NCBI GenBank assembly: GCA_021613535.1 | Contig: CP075495.1 | Span: 7,874,001 to 7,938,000, forward strand | Source: Adineta vaga | Taxonomy: Eukaryota; Animalia; Rotifera | DNA length: 64,000 nucleotides | Direction: 5' to 3' | In this document: piece by piece, positions 14,908-31,113 of the stretch | Layout of the letters: each line of letters starts with the position of its first letter | Position numbering within the stretch: the stretch's first letter is position 1 | Notes under the pieces: model-generated | What the model was told of the DNA's origin: nothing | What the model saw: the letters and a program-made list of their open reading frames with translations, nothing else | Database searches by the model: none | Made by a program: the position numbers and the translations under genes

Positions 14908-16014
14908 GGAAATTTATAATACGAAACTAATCAATTTGCTTTTTTTCTTGAATGAAAAAATGTTCAATTCAATTTTTTCTGTTCATTTGTTCAAGCCTTT
15001 GTTTGTATTATTCAAAATGATACAAGGTATACAATGGATGACCAATCAGAATAGCAATATATATATATGTTGATGAAATAGACAAAGACATGATAATTAA
15101 AAGGATTATTGAAAAGTAGATAGCATTGGTAATTACATGAATGAAATATTTCAATCCTATTTCGAATCTTTTTAAAACCTCACAGATCAATTTTCGATTA
15201 TACTATTTTTTTGGTAATTAAAATGTTTTTGTTCAAAACTACTTAGACGTAAATTCAATTGGATAAAAATCTTTTCGTAATCATCTGAAAAAAAAATGAT
15301 ACGTATGTCATGAGAGTTGAGCTTTCACGAAAGCCTCTATGTATCAAGTCTAATCTCAAACTACTGATTTCATTAATTTATATTATTGAAAAGCAAACGC
15401 TACAGAAGTTTGTATAGAAAGAAAACAGCCTTTGAAGAATTCTGTAAGTGAATTAAAAATAATGTCGTGCTGATAAGAATTTCCGCTTATTAACACATGG
15501 CATGCAACAATAAAGACAGTAAATGTGCAAAGAATGCATGATTGTAACTGTTTAGCAATCGAATTATTGAATGAAAAGAAAGAAGGCAAGAAAATGAATT
15601 ATCACGATGAATATTCTTGAAATTCTATGGTCAGAAAAAACAAGATATGATTTTTTTTGTCTTCTAATAAATCGTCAATTACAATCAGAATCGAATGTTT
15701 GAATATTAACGAAAATCAAGAAAAGAAATGTTTTTGTTCGCTAATGTAGATAAGACCTTTTTCTCTGTTTTCTTTTGTATGAATAAATTTAGAAAAGAAA
15801 CATGTAATAAACCACAAGAATAAGAAAAAAAACAAGAACACAACATTTATACAAGACAACGGTTTGTTTAATTATATATAAGTATATATATACGAAATTA
15901 CGAGACAAAAAAAAACAGGTGTTCTAGCGCCAAAAGTAATATGTTATCAGGCCTGATTAAACGCACACAATAGTGATAACAATTGATTTCTAGATCGTTT
16001 GGTCTTTGTCGTTT

Positions 16015-16980
<966 letters not shown>

Positions 16981-19900
16981 TTTTATCTAATAAAACAAGA
17001 AAGATGAAATGATAGGAACAAAAAATAACATAGGCTAAATTCCAACCTTGTGAAAGAACAAACGACGACGATGACGACGGCGATATTCGTCAAGCAACTG
17101 AATAACAGAGAAAAAAAACAAATTCTAGAAGTAAATGATTGTATGTATGTAGATGAATAATCAATATTAACATCAACAAATCATGATTCATCCACTTGAA
17201 GAAAAAAAGTGAGTAAAAAGCTAAAAATTCACCTGTTTCGACAAGAATAATATTATATAATTCTCCTTTTTACGTTTGAAATATTTGTAAGAAAAGAAAA
17301 GAAATTATCAAGACTATAGATGTCGTAAGTGAGTACATTTACTTCTATCCAGCATATACATATATACGAAAAGAAAGATTCTCTGATGATGAATGATGAA
17401 AAGCAGAAATACAAATATGGTTGGATACATAGTTATGCGCTAAGATAAATAGAACTGCTCATATTTGCTGAAAAACTTAAAATACGGAAATATTTATTTA
17501 CTAACTTGATCGAAGAAAAACACGTGTTAGTAGTCACATACGATTTCTGTTGTTCTATTAGCTTTTTCTGTCCTTCGAACATAATGATTCACGACAACAA
17601 ATCGTTTTTCTAATCTACACTAATATCGATTCGAGAATTAACGAAGTTTAAATCGCTAATATTTTCGATGTTCCTAGCATAGAAAAATTGGCAGCTCGCG
17701 AGTACTATGAAAGAAGTCCAGAGTGTGTCTGGATTTTGAAATAGTATCGTTACTCGTCAATACGTCAACATCAAAAGCGCGCAAAATATTTCTCTTATAT
17801 GGTCAGACGACAACATCGACAACAGCATTGACGATTGCCAACATACAATCAGACAATTACGATATGTTGTAAACAATATCAACTTATTTATAGTTTCTGA
17901 TCAATCTATTCGATTCTTTGATACTACCAATGCTAATAACCCCGGCAATACATTATACTTCATATACATACATACATACATATATATATAACGTAGATGC
18001 TATATTTATATTTTGTGATGACACAAACAATAGTATAATCATTGGACTAAAAAGAATTGTCTGAGATCAATTTTTATTCTATGATAATAAAATTTCTGAA
18101 AGAAATAGTACTCGTTATTAAATATGAAATAAGAAGTACCAAGGAATACATAATTATCGTCAATGATCAAAAAGAAATAAAGCAATTCTTTGCTATTCAC
18201 ATATATTCGTAGTTTCACCTTGTTGGATATCAAAAACAAAAAAACTGCAACAATCTTGATCTTATGTTCAATCTTTTCATCATAGCGATGTATCTTTTGA
18301 TTATTTCGATCGCTCGCAAATTTATATATATATATAATAGAGTACATCGTATTTTTGTGCAAAACATATTGTCTTCATGAAATGAATTTGTTATATACTG
18401 ATAAAATAGCAGAGGATTGAAACAAGATATTTATTTATCATAAACTAGACGAAGCTGAATTTAACGAAAAATTCATTTTCATCATTGTTTCGTTATATAA
18501 ATAGGATTGGATCAGTTTACTGTGCATTGATTAAAGTTTTGACAACATCTACTAAAATTCACTTGGATAGCTATATTTTTCTTGAATATATACCTTACAT
18601 TATCGAAATATAAACAAGCATTTTTTGTCTTTAGTGTATAGCTATGTTTTTACTTTCTAATCTTATTTGATAGTATTATATTTAATGATACAATAAAAAT
18701 ATACATAGTACGTTTGCACTCAGCACCTAATTCTTTTTTGTATTAACTTTCTAGATTCCTCATTTGAAGACAAGTCTTTCTATTTCTGCCTATAGCAATA
18801 TGAAAAATTAACGTCATCGTTCATGAAGCAGAAAGAGCTTTATCGATATGTGAGTAAAGATTCTCTCTTTAATTACTTCAATATATAGGATACGTTTCAA
18901 TAACCACACATAAACACACATACATCAAAAATTAAATTCATGTGTAAATGCACTCAACTTTATGACTGTCTATTGCCATAATATAATTGCATACTTTTTC
19001 TTTATAAGTAAATAAGTAACAGATATATATATATATATATATGTCACAAAAAATGACTTTGCAATATAATATTTCACTTTGAACGCATTTTAGCTTCTAG
19101 GTCATTAATCTTATATATATATATATATATATATATATTTCTGATGAAAAGGATCATTGGAGACATATGTTAAAAAAATAAAATCTTGAATAAAAATATG
19201 TAAACTCTGTATTTTACCTAAATAAAGTAATACATATATGATTCAAAGTATGACTGTTATTCATTTTATATGATTTAGATAAAACTGTAAATTATTCTGA
19301 TCTCAGATGTAAAATTTCTTTCTATTACGTTTTTCTTTGTCATTAATGGAAGAGGTTGTGTTGTTCATCGAACTACAAATAATCAACTCGTTTCATCTTG
19401 TGATGTCGAAAAAGCTTATTTATATGTTGACGGAAGTCAATAGAAGCTTTTAACTTGCCACGTCTCTAGAGTATGTCAGAAGAATTTTTGTATGCATACT
19501 TACAATACTTATTCATGATAAAATCAAATAGTTAAGTCAATAAGAAACAAACGATCGTCTGATAGCATGTATTATCACATAATCAAGTCCGATGGTATTT
19601 TGACTAGTATGGCATTTTTTTCGACATAGAATTGAACTTGTCATATAAAAAATCAGATCATTATTATACAGTGTTAAAACATATTATTTATGATACAATT
19701 GATCAAGTTTTGACATGATTATCAGTTTTTTTTCTCTCATTTAAATTCAATCTAATAGTTTATTCAACAGAATTCACGTGACATTGTACAATTCAGTCTT
19801 ATTCAACTTTGATTCTTTTCATTAAAAAACAAACATTATGTAGCACTTGTCATTTAATATACAGAATATAGACATAAATGCAGAGAAAATAGTTTTATTT

Positions 19901-21415
19901 GTTTTGTTTTAGCATATTTTATTTTACATTGACATATTCATTCCGTTTGAGAAAACAAATCATCATCACTATCCCAAATTTCAATGTCTAAGCATGTCTA
20001 ATGCGATCCTATGCCGGTTTTCTTTTGTTTCTTTAATTACAAAGTCACTGATTTCTTTAATATTCGTCTAATTGAATAGAAAGTATGTGCTGACAAAATC
20101 ATCATTATCATTCATCATTGATAGATATATATATATATACATATATCCTTCCTTTCGACATGAAACATATTGATGAAACAGCTAAGAAAGATGCGAGGAA
20201 AAGATACATGTCAAACGATACAAAATTTATTTATGGGATGAAAACAAGCTACAAACATCCATTCGACTATATCTCGACATTTGATGTGTTTTCTCTCGTA
20301 GAAGATGTATATAATATAATAGGAGAATGAGAAGAGAAACTTGTCAGCATATCTTTCAAGTTAGATTAAAACTATTTTCTTATTTACAAAAACAAAAGAA
20401 AACTAATGTTAATATACTTTTATTAACCATCTGGTATATGTATAATAAAGAAAAAACTAACAAGTGGGTTTGTCATTAGTTTTATAAGAATGATCAACAA
20501 CACTTGAGAAAAATATTAGTTACATTAGTCTTTTCTTTTCCTTTTTTTTTCTTCTTTTTTCAAAATAGTATTGTATCATAGTTATGTTATAATATTACCG
20601 TTTGAAAGAGAAAGTAAAAAGGAAAAGTCGTGTTATATCATTAAATACGTTAGGAAACTAGCGAAGAAACAAAGAGAGAGAGCGAGAGACAAATGTTTTC
20701 TATATAAAAAAAAGTAATGTGCCTAAACCTGTCTACTTGACTGTTATCTCATCAAGAAGAAGTTTAGTTGACAGTAGGAGTGTTGACAAAAAAATATGCA
20801 TGCTTTTCTCTCGAACTAACGAAACTTACTTAGATTGATATATGATATTTAGATACTATTCTCTAGAAACACAAGGTCAGTTCTGTCTTTCCAGTAGTAC
20901 ACTCATATTTTTATACGAATGAACACATCATGTCTATAAACTTTGTTTTTCTTTTGAAGTGATGATATTTGTTAAAGTGTCTACTTTTCGATAATAAACA
21001 TTCAATTCATAACTGCTCTTTTGATGTTTTTCATTTATACAAATCCACCCACACAATGAGAAAAAAAGAAGAAAACGAGAGGAATGAGAGAAGAATAGAA
21101 GAAGACGATCTCATCATTTATTCTTCTGCTCGTTTGAGTGTGTTCTCATATGTCTAGTTTTTATTTTTACGTTGCTTTCATTTCTTTTTTATTCAACGAT
21201 ACTAAACGATGATTGATAATATACTATTGTATACATATCAAGTCTTTGTTCGACAACATGAAAGTACCATTTGATTCTCATTCATTTCTTTTCTTTTATT
21301 TTCTTTTTTCGTGTCAAGCAAGAAGAAAGAATCAATAGTTCCATAGCTTTTGATTTTTATTCTCTAGAAAATCTTTTTTCTTCTATGATTATTTGTGTTG
21401 AACTACGATAGTACA

Positions 21416-23893
21416 ATGAACTCATCATTATCATCAACATGTTTATACAATGAAAGTACATGTTATTTTATTGATAGCAATAATAATTGTTTGTCCGACG
21501 ATGCTGTACTTGATTTAATTTCAAAATATGTCATACCAACATATTTTGAATGGATTTGTATTATACTCTATGTTGTTGTTTTCATTGTTGGTACTGTTGG
21601 TAATTTATTGGTCATTATTGTCATTCAACGCAATCGAAGTATGAGGTAAAGATTAACAGACAGGCGCAGACTCAAAAAAAAAGAAAGAAAGAATCGCTTT
21701 TTTTGATCTTCTTTGACATTTAATTTCCTCTGTAATGTTGTTTATTTTTAGAACAGTAACAAATATGTTTATTATGAATTTAGCAGCCGCTGATCTATTA
21801 GTTTTGGTTTTCTGTTTGCCGGCAACTGTTATACAAGATGTAACGAAAACATGGTTCTTTGGTTTAGTACTTTGTAAATTTGTTAATTATATTCAGGTAT
21901 ACGGAGAAAAAATTTAGTTATCGGCTCATATCTTTGAAGTTATTCTATGAGATCGGACTATTTCATGCATTTAATTAAGCGTAAAATGATCGGTTTGACA
22001 GTTCACAAAATTTTCCGATGAAGATATAAAGAACACTGATTTGAATGCTTTTTTTGATTGGATCGAACTAATCTCTTATCATTTATCCAATTATGACAGC
22101 TTTTCTATGTCACAGTCAACTTATTTAGTAATTCTATTTGTCTTTGTCGAGTATCAGGCAGTAGTACATGCATAATATAACAGTAAAATTTTAATAATGG
22201 CTTCCGTTCATTGTTTCTCTCACCATGTTAACATCTAACATACGTAAATGAATTAGAAAAACACAATAGCAGATGTTTAGTTGAAAAAGGTAAAATTAAA
22301 TAATCTTCGAAAAAGTGCAATTCTTTCAAGTGAATATAATAATTTAAAACAATAATTCAATTCATTGAATTATTTAAGATAATTCTATAACTTTGCATGA
22401 CATCATAGTTGGTAAAATGATTCTTTGTTTTTTCTTTAGAATATGTCTGTTTCGGTATCAGTTTTAACGTTAATGGCTATTTCAATCGAGCGATATCAAG
22501 CAATTGTACACCCACTAAAATTTAGTGGAACAAAACAACGTGCAAGAATTTTAATTCTTTCCGTTTGGATACTTTCAATACTGCTTGTTCTTCCTGGTTA
22601 GATTTTATTCTTTCAAATAATAAAGAAAAACAGTAATTTTCTATGAGAAAAAAAATTCCTTTTTTTAGACGCAATTATGATGACACTTGCTCAACAATTT
22701 GGTCCGCGACTTCATACTATTTATTTGACATAGTAAATGAACTTTTTTCTTTCATATTTCTCTAAGAATAATTTTCTTTATTTAGTTGTCAATGGGATGC
22801 TAATCCAGTATTTGATCTACTGTATCAGTTACATATATCACTTTGTTTGTTTGTAATTCCACTTTGTTTTATGGTATTTACATACTGTGGTATTGCAAAA
22901 GTTCTTTGGGGTTCATTACCAATGGAACGATTTTTTAATGATGAAAAACGAACAATTAATTCAAGTCAACATACACTTTCAGGTTTAGTTTCATTGTTGT
23001 TGTTTTTTCTTGCATATTAAATCTTTGATTTTGTTTTTCTTCCTTCAGGTCAATCAGATGAATCTCATCATTGTGGTCCTATCAATAGTAGCAGTAGTTT
23101 GGTGAATCCAACCAAATCAGCTAATTTAATTGTACAAGAAAATCGACAAAAAGCTGCAAAAATGCTTATTTCAGTCGTGATTATTTTCGCTATTTGCTAT
23201 ATACCCGTGCATGCTTTTAATTTATTAAGGTAAGATTTGTTCAATTCATATATTTTTCATGCAAAATCTTTTCATTAGATATGTTCTTACCTATATGGAA
23301 TATCGTCAAATGCCCAAAATGAATAATAATCATAATTTAACTGAAACGATGCGATGTTTTCAACCTGTATCTGTTGCACTTGATCGTACAAATACAGTTA
23401 AAGTTATAACGATTTGTGCATTAATCTCTCATTTCCTTCCTTATTTTAATTCATCAATTAATCCAATTATATACAATATTATGAGTGGTAAGTTTGGAAA
23501 AATTCAATGAATATGTTTACTTAATTAGATCAAATTTCTTTCTTTTTGTTTCTAGATAAATTTCGTCTAAAATTTCGTGAACTATTTTCATCCTGTTGTT
23601 GTTGTTGTAAATCATTTAATCGAATGAAATCAACATCATCAACAATGATACCATTTCGTGCTTCAGCTACAATGCAATGTGGAAGTCAACAACCATCACC
23701 AACATCAGCTGCGAATAATCATAATCGATATCATCTCAATAATAAACATAAACGTTTGGGAAATAATTCATTAAATATAAGTACAGCAAGTGTTCAAATG
23801 TTAACTAATTCAACTAGTAGTAATCCAGCAAAACCTAGTGTCAATACATATGGACATAATGGACCAATGGCATTTCGTTTGACTAATGTTTAA
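21416..23893 (+). CDS. Class A neuropeptide GPCR, orexin/allatotropin receptor-like
   Basis: [103 protein letters not shown] and [19 protein letters not shown] closely parallel orexin-receptor sequence motifs. Confidence 0.88.
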
Positions 23894-24136
23894 TCTGACA
23901 AATATATCTATCTATATAAACATATGACATACTGTTTTAAAAATAATAAACATGACTAATAGAACCATGTCTGAATGTTCGAATATCAGAATTTTTAAAC
24001 AAAGAACAAGCCTTCTTATGATACATCATTCGTATGTGACATGTATTTTTCTATCGATGTATAAAAAATAGTTTACTCACTATTATGTATATAAAGATCG
24101 ATTTTGTTGAAAAGAATGATTTTAAAGCAATAGTTT

Positions 24137-24636
24137 ATGGATAAACAAATGAATAATTTAGTTTCGTTCTTAATTCTATTTCTTAATATCACAAAAGTTT
24201 ACAATCGATCCGTATCTTTTGATACTCGAGAGTAAGTTATTATTTTGTTGAATAGAAAAGTAAAAAACAGAATGCATAATAATTGTATATTAGAAATTCT
24301 TATCTGAATAATAAATGGGAATCAGGTTATCATCCATTTCCAGAAATGAATCGATTTCTTAATCCATATTCACAAATACATTATCAAGAAATCAAAAGAA
24401 AAGCATTGATTCAATCAAATTATGCAGTACTTCAATATATTTGCAGGTAAAATTCATTTACATACCATTGAAATATATATCAAATCTTTCTGTTTCTTCT
24501 TAGTATTTCAAATAGTCGAAAACATATCGAAGATATTTTATTAATTTTTGGCGAAAGATTTCGTCCATTAATCAAGAAAATAATTGAAGAAGATTGTTCT
24601 CATTATGATATTGCATCGAGATTATCTTCTCAATGA
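24137..24636 (+). CDS. Small 3-exon protein (126 aa), possibly secreted; absent from the ORF track
   Basis: Exons 24137-24231, 24294-24446 and 24504-24636. The GT-AG introns of 62 and 57 nt have compatible phases and give an open frame MDKQMNNLVSFLILFLNITKVYNRS...EIKRKALIQ...DIASRLSSQ*. Confidence 0.65.
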
Positions 24637-26027
24637 ATAAAACTACAATCAAGAGACGACAAATTTTTCTTCAATGCGAATTGTCAGATACAATAAATAT
24701 CGATGAATTTCTTCTTATTAAAAAGAGAGTAATCTTTTTTTGACGTGAATATAAAAAAGTACTAAAAATTAATTTTGTTTCGCCTTTATGACTGCTGACG
24801 TCAGAATATTCAATTAATTCTTTTTGATGAATATTATCTCTTGCGTATTACATTATGAATGGCAATAAAGTTTAATTAAATGCATGAGATATAGGATAAA
24901 TTTCAATGGTATTGATGATGTCAGTATATTGAATCATTTATATAAATAAATGTTTCTATATATTTATTTATAGGAGAGATTTTTTCCGATTGTCTTTCCA
25001 TCATTTCTCTAATATCATATTAACCTTAGTCTACTTGGTACAAAAAAAGATGAAAATAAAATAAACTATCAAACATATTTTCTGATGATATTGTTTATTT
25101 AGAAAGAGATGTTTGAAAAGATGACGTATATATATGATGTATATCTCTTTTTTTTCTATTTGAATCAAAGTCACAAACTATTAAAATATACCTTCGATAG
25201 AAGGTTTCTTACGTAATAGACATCATATCAGTCATTATTGATGTTAATGAATCAAATGTATCTTGTCCATATTTCTATAGAAAAAATTCATCAGAATAAC
25301 TATCTAATATCAATGTATTATTGTTGATATTTGAGTGCATTCATTAAAATCAGACTGCTCCTACAACGCATGTTTATTACTACTCAATTAGACAAGATTT
25401 GAATCTCTTCGTCTCTCAATGTCATCCAAAACGAATTCAATATATGTAATGAAACGATTCAAGGGATCTAATACATTGCAGAGTTCAAATGAATAAACAA
25501 TTCCTTTAGCAACAGAAAAAAATGGTTCATTTATTTCAAAACATTTCTTTTATCCAACTAAATCTCTACCTATTATGTTATTATTTTTTGAACATTCTTT
25601 TCTTTCGCTTATTTTCTAAGATACATATAGTTTTACACACAGTTACAAACCAATGATACACATGAACAAATGAGAAAGAAGAGACGAAAACCTACTTTCA
25701 TTCTGTGTGTTAAAGGAGAAAAGAAAAGAGATAAGGATGATTAAATTCATAAGAACATTCTTTTGTTTTGCTTTCAAACAAGACAAACGAAAATGAGAGA
25801 ACATCGTTAAGTGGCAACATTGTGCGTACATGGAGAAGAAAAAAAAGAAAATTATCCTGAGATGTAGATAATACGAACATATGTATATAAGGGTGAATAA
25901 TAATAATAATTGAGTAAATAAGAACAAACAAACAAAATCGATAATAAGCAAATGAAGACCAATAGACAACAGCAAAGATATGTATATATATATATACATC
26001 TATTGATAAATTTTGTATATATTATAA

Positions 26028-26577
<550 letters not shown>

Positions 26578-26788
26578 TTAATTCGATCTAAAATAGTTAA
26601 AGATAAATCTTACTCAATCAATATGCAATATTCGACAGAACAAAGAGAAAGATATGTTAATGGACAATGACACGTAACCGACAACATTAAAGAGGAAAAG
26701 AAAAACAATTAGCAATATGTCGACGCAAATGTCAAGTTTGTTCTTCTTTCTGCATATGTGTTTTAAGAAAAATTCTTCTAATTTATTC

Positions 26789-26811
26789 ATTGGTTAATTT
26801 CTTTAACCAAT
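26789..26811. promoter_or_regulatory. Inverted pair of CCAAT boxes in the H3.3/SNX27 divergent intergenic region
   Basis: ATTGGTTAA-tttct-TTAACCAAT is a perfect 9-bp inverted repeat between head-to-head start codons 338 bp apart. Confidence 0.5.
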
Positions 26812-26894
26812 AGAAATCATTCATTCAACTGATGATTTTTTTTGTTTCGATTAATGAAAAAAACATCATAATCTCTTTTTCCAATAAGGAAATA

Positions 26895-29132
26895 ATGGAT
26901 GTATCTTCTTCAGCACGAAAAGTTTCATTATCAGGTATCATCACAAATTCAATTAAATCATCATCAGCATCAAATGCACCACGAAGTATCATTGTAAGAA
27001 AATCAAGTAATGGCTTTGGTTTTAACGTGCGTGGACAAGTATTCGAAGGTGGACAAGTTAAAGCTATACATGGCACACTTTATGGACCACTTCAACATGT
27101 TTCAGCTGTTTCGAATCGTGGTGCAGCTGAACGAGCAGGTCTTTGCGTAGGAGATAAAATTCTTGAAGTGTACGTAATCTTTGAAGGAAAGATATCATTC
27201 TCAATGTTTTCTGTTTCGTTTTTATAGAAATGGTGTCGATGTTGAAGGAGCATCACATAAACAAGTTGTTGATTTAATAAAACATAGTGATGATGAACTG
27301 CATCTTGTTGGTAAGAGAAAAATAAACAATGTATATATTCATCTAACAATTGTTTTTGTTTTAAGTTATTGCATCCGTTGGCGAAGAAACACATAGTGAT
27401 ATACATTCGGGAGAAGAATCGAGTGGAAGTTCAAATGATTATTCAGAAAGACGTTCATTAGCAATTACAATACCAGATTATAGTATATTAGAAGTGAATG
27501 ATGAAAAATTTTATGTAAGTATTTGGATATCTCCAACTAATAAACTTATACCATTAGATGCGTACAGTTGCCATTCAAAATAAACCAAAGGATTAAACCT
27601 TTTCAAAGTTTTATTTAAAAATAGACAGACTTTGTGTCACTGACATACTGTAAATGACAGTTACTAATCATAAAAACGACAAAAATAGAAAATGAACATA
27701 AGGACTTAAGAAGTATCTCATGTAATTAAAAAATTATTCTTTCTTCTTCTTCTTTATTTAGGTATTTAACATTCATATTGCTGGTAAGAAAAATTTTCAT
27801 TTTTTAATCATGACATGATTGAGAATCTAATTATCTTAGGTCGTCATTTATGTTCACGTCGTTATCGTGAATTTGCATCGTTACATCAACAATTAAAACA
27901 AGAATTTCCAGATTTTCCATTTAGTTCCTTACCAAAAAAATGGCCATTTAAATTATCGGATCAACAATTAGATGCTCGACGACGTGGTTTAGAACAATAC
28001 TTGGATAAAAGTAACATATAACAGAAAATAATCTTCTGTACTATGACCTTCTTTAGTCTGTTCGGTTCGTGTTGTTGGTGATTGCGATTTGGTTCAAGAA
28101 TTTCTCTCGGCCGATGTTTATGAAGTAAGATTTTGTTTTTGTTTCGAAAATGTTCTACTTTTTTTTCTTTTCGTATAGAGAGATTCAGTTTCAATTGATG
28201 TTGAAATCAAAATTATGTTACCTGATCGATCTGTTTCTGTTCTAAAAATCAAACGTTTTTCTACTGCTGATAAAGTCTATGAAGTAAATACAAATCTTTC
28301 CTTCTGTGTTCGATAAATCGTCTATTTTATTTTCTTAGGCTATAGTCGAAAAAATTGATTTACCTTCAGAAAGTGCTCCTTATTTTTATCTATTCGAAAT
28401 TCTCGATTATACTTTTGGTAAGATGACTTGTCTTTTTTTTTATACGGATTCAAACTAGAAATCAATATCATTTAGAACGTAAACTTCGTCCGACTGAATA
28501 TCCTCATCAAATATATGTACAAAATTGTTGTACAGCAAATACGACATGTTTATGTTTACGAAAATTTGTCTTTTCACCAATTGTTGAAAATCAAATTTTA
28601 AAATATCCTTTAGCACGAGATTATCTTTATCGTGAAGTAAGTTGAAACTCGTATTTGAAATAATGTTAAGAGAAAAATCTTATTTAATTAGGCAATTGAT
28701 CAATTAAGTCGTTCACAAAATTCAACAGCTGATCAACGTTCAGCTTTGAAAACATTCGATGAAATTGAATATATTAAATATGCTCAAACATTTACGGATA
28801 TTTATAATACAATAACATTTCCTCTATGTCCATGTAGTTCACGTAAAGATAATGGTTATGTCATTGTTTCATTAAATAGTACACGTCTTCGTCTACATGC
28901 TTGTTCGGATGATGGTCAATTAGAAGCAGATCAAATAGCAGATTTCGAATGGAATACTATTGGACGTTATTGTATTGATGAACAATATTTTATTTTTGAA
29001 TATAAACGTTCAACAATGAAAACAGTCAAACCGGTTAAATTACAATCGCCATTTGGACAATTTATGTACGATTGTTTCGAATGTATTCTACGAGAATTGC
29101 AATTAACAAATAATAACAAATCAGATGAATAG
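26895..29132 (+). CDS. SNX27: Sorting nexin 27 (PDZ-PX-FERM-like), multi-exon
   Basis: PDZ: [37 protein letters not shown]...[27 protein letters not shown]: [12 protein letters not shown]...[28 protein letters not shown]-like C-terminus: [13 protein letters not shown]. Confidence 0.93.
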
Positions 29133-29799
29133 AAGAACATAATTTAAAGAAGAACCACCAAAGATTTTCCTCTGCTTGGTCAATGATAATTTAGCATTTA
29201 TTAATCTCTTTATTCTAAGTGCAATCTCTTTCGCTTCCCATAAGAGATCAAATGGAACGTTGCATTTCTTTTTCTATCCTAAATGAAGTTATTTGTCTCA
29301 TATATATATATATGTATCTGAATGATCGATTTTTTTCGCTCTTTTTTTTCTGTCTTTTTGTATGTAACTAGTATGCATGATTGTCTACCCCGGTTTGTCT
29401 AGTTTTCACGTGATAATCAATCAAAAACCAATCTCTTTTACCCTTATTATATAGATATGTCTATACGCAATCAGTATTTTCGGCTTTATTTTTCATGGCG
29501 ATTAAGTTCTTGTTCTTTCGTATATAAATTTAAACAACGAATAAGATAAGAAAATGAAGATGTGTGTGTGGGTGTCTGTGCGTGTATTTATGTATATATA
29601 AGTTCATATACTCATTCTTTGTGTATGCGGGTCTACTTGTGTACATCTTTATTTTTGTCTTTGGTATTGTCTTTATATTGCTCTATTCATTATCGAACTT
29701 AAAAGAAAATTTAATCAAACAGTATTGTATCTGTAGAAAACGCGTCTTAAATTTCTAATAAAAAATACGTATGTCTATAATGATTTTCTTCAATTCTAG

Positions 29800-31113
29800 A
29801 TGTACTTCTCTATTCCTGATACGACTGAGATATCTGCGAAACGAAGTACTGAACAATACGCTTATACATTATATAATATTCATATAAATGGTCTTCATCA
29901 TTGTAGTTTACGTTATTCTCAATTACGTATATTTAATGCTGAACTTCAACGTATCTTACCTAATCTTATGCAACATATTCAACCATTTCCACCAAAGAAA
30001 TTATTTCGCTTATCATCACGTGATATTGAAGAACGACAAATGTTACTTGAACGCTACTTACAATCGATTATTCAACATAAATCTCTTATATGTTCCTCTT
30101 ATTTTAATGAATTTTTTTTCAATGCTCAAAGAGAAACTTATCTCAATGCTCTAGCAGATAGAACAATACCTGACAAAATTAATTTTACAGTTTATTTTTT
30201 AAATAATCATGAAATCATCATAGAAAATCTCTCATTACATGATACTCTCTCCAAATTATTCGAACTTTGTGCCAATAATATTCAATTAACTCATGAATAT
30301 TTCTCCTATTTTGCATTATTTCTCTATAAATTTCATGATAATCAATTAAATCTCATTCGACCATTATTTTCATTTGAATCTCCATATATTTCATTAAAAC
30401 AAGCACAAAAATTGAATGAAACTAGTTGTCTTGTTCTAAAAAAATCCTATTGGGATGTGACCTATGATCTGAAATTATTGGACAATCCTTGTACACAAAA
30501 TTTACTTTTTCTTCAATGTCAATATGATATTCAACAAAGTGAAGAATTCGATTCCGACGATATACATAAACAATTAAACATATTACGTGATAATAAACAA
30601 TTCAAAGATTATATTCTTCTAGCACGAACTTCAACATTTTCTGGATATTTATTTCTTCGTCAATGTACGATACATGATGTAACGAATGAAAATATGTCTC
30701 CATGTCTATTAGCAATTGGAAATAACGAATTAATTTGTTATTATTTAAATGAAGAAAAGAAGAATTCGTTTTTGAAAGAGATCAATTTTAAAGTAACACG
30801 TATTCGTTGTTGGAAAGTTAATTGGACAAAATCAGATTTAAATATTACATTTGAATATTTAGTTCGAAAAAATACTTTACAATGGGTTACCATACATACT
30901 GTACAAGCAGCTTTAGTTAGTACATGTTTACAAAGTATGGTAGATGAAATATTAATGAAACGAATAGATTCATCGGAATTAATAGTACATGAAACTATGA
31001 AGAATGATCGTTCGAAGACAAATGGTTCTCTTGCGACACGAACAAAATCGGATTTAGAAAGATTGAATAACAATGAGTTATTTGATAAAGGTGGTGACGA
31101 TGATGATCTTTAA
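29800..31113 (+). CDS. SNX17: Sorting nexin 17 (PX-FERM-like), intronless CDS
   Basis: MYFSIPDT...YNIHINGLHHCSLRYSQL...FPPKKLF...IEERQMLLERYLQ, FESPYISL, KKSYWD, FKVTRIRCWKV, FEYLV and QAALVSTCLQSMVDEILMK. Confidence 0.92.
   Translation: MYFSIPDTTEISAKRSTEQYAYTLYNIHINGLHHCSLRYSQLRIFNAELQRILPNLMQHIQPFPPKKLFRLSSRDIEERQMLLERYLQSIIQHKSLICSSYFNEFFFNAQRETYLNALADRTIPDKINFTVYFLNNHEIIIENLSLHDTLSKLFELCANNIQLTHEYFSYFALFLYKFHDNQLNLIRPLFSFESPYISLKQAQKLNETSCLVLKKSYWDVTYDLKLLDNPCTQNLLFLQCQYDIQQSEEFDSDDIHKQLNILRDNKQFKDYILLARTSTFSGYLFLRQCTIHDVTNENMSPCLLAIGNNELICYYLNEEKKNSFLKEINFKVTRIRCWKVNWTKSDLNITFEYLVRKNTLQWVTIHTVQAALVSTCLQSMVDEILMKRIDSSELIVHETMKNDRSKTNGSLATRTKSDLERLNNNELFDKGGDDDDL

Noticed and set aside
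17000-21400. Long AT-rich intergenic region with short ORFs and (AT)n tracts
   Set aside because: No coding signature or structured repeat recognised. Probably UTR exons and regulatory DNA of the divergent Rho1 and GPCR genes.
25080-25750. Possible minus-strand multi-exon small gene (MNLIILISFLFSF..., KYGQDTFDSLTSIMTDMMSIT/KKRDIHH...)
   Set aside because: Some exon-like pieces have GT-AG edges, but I could not join them into one open frame.
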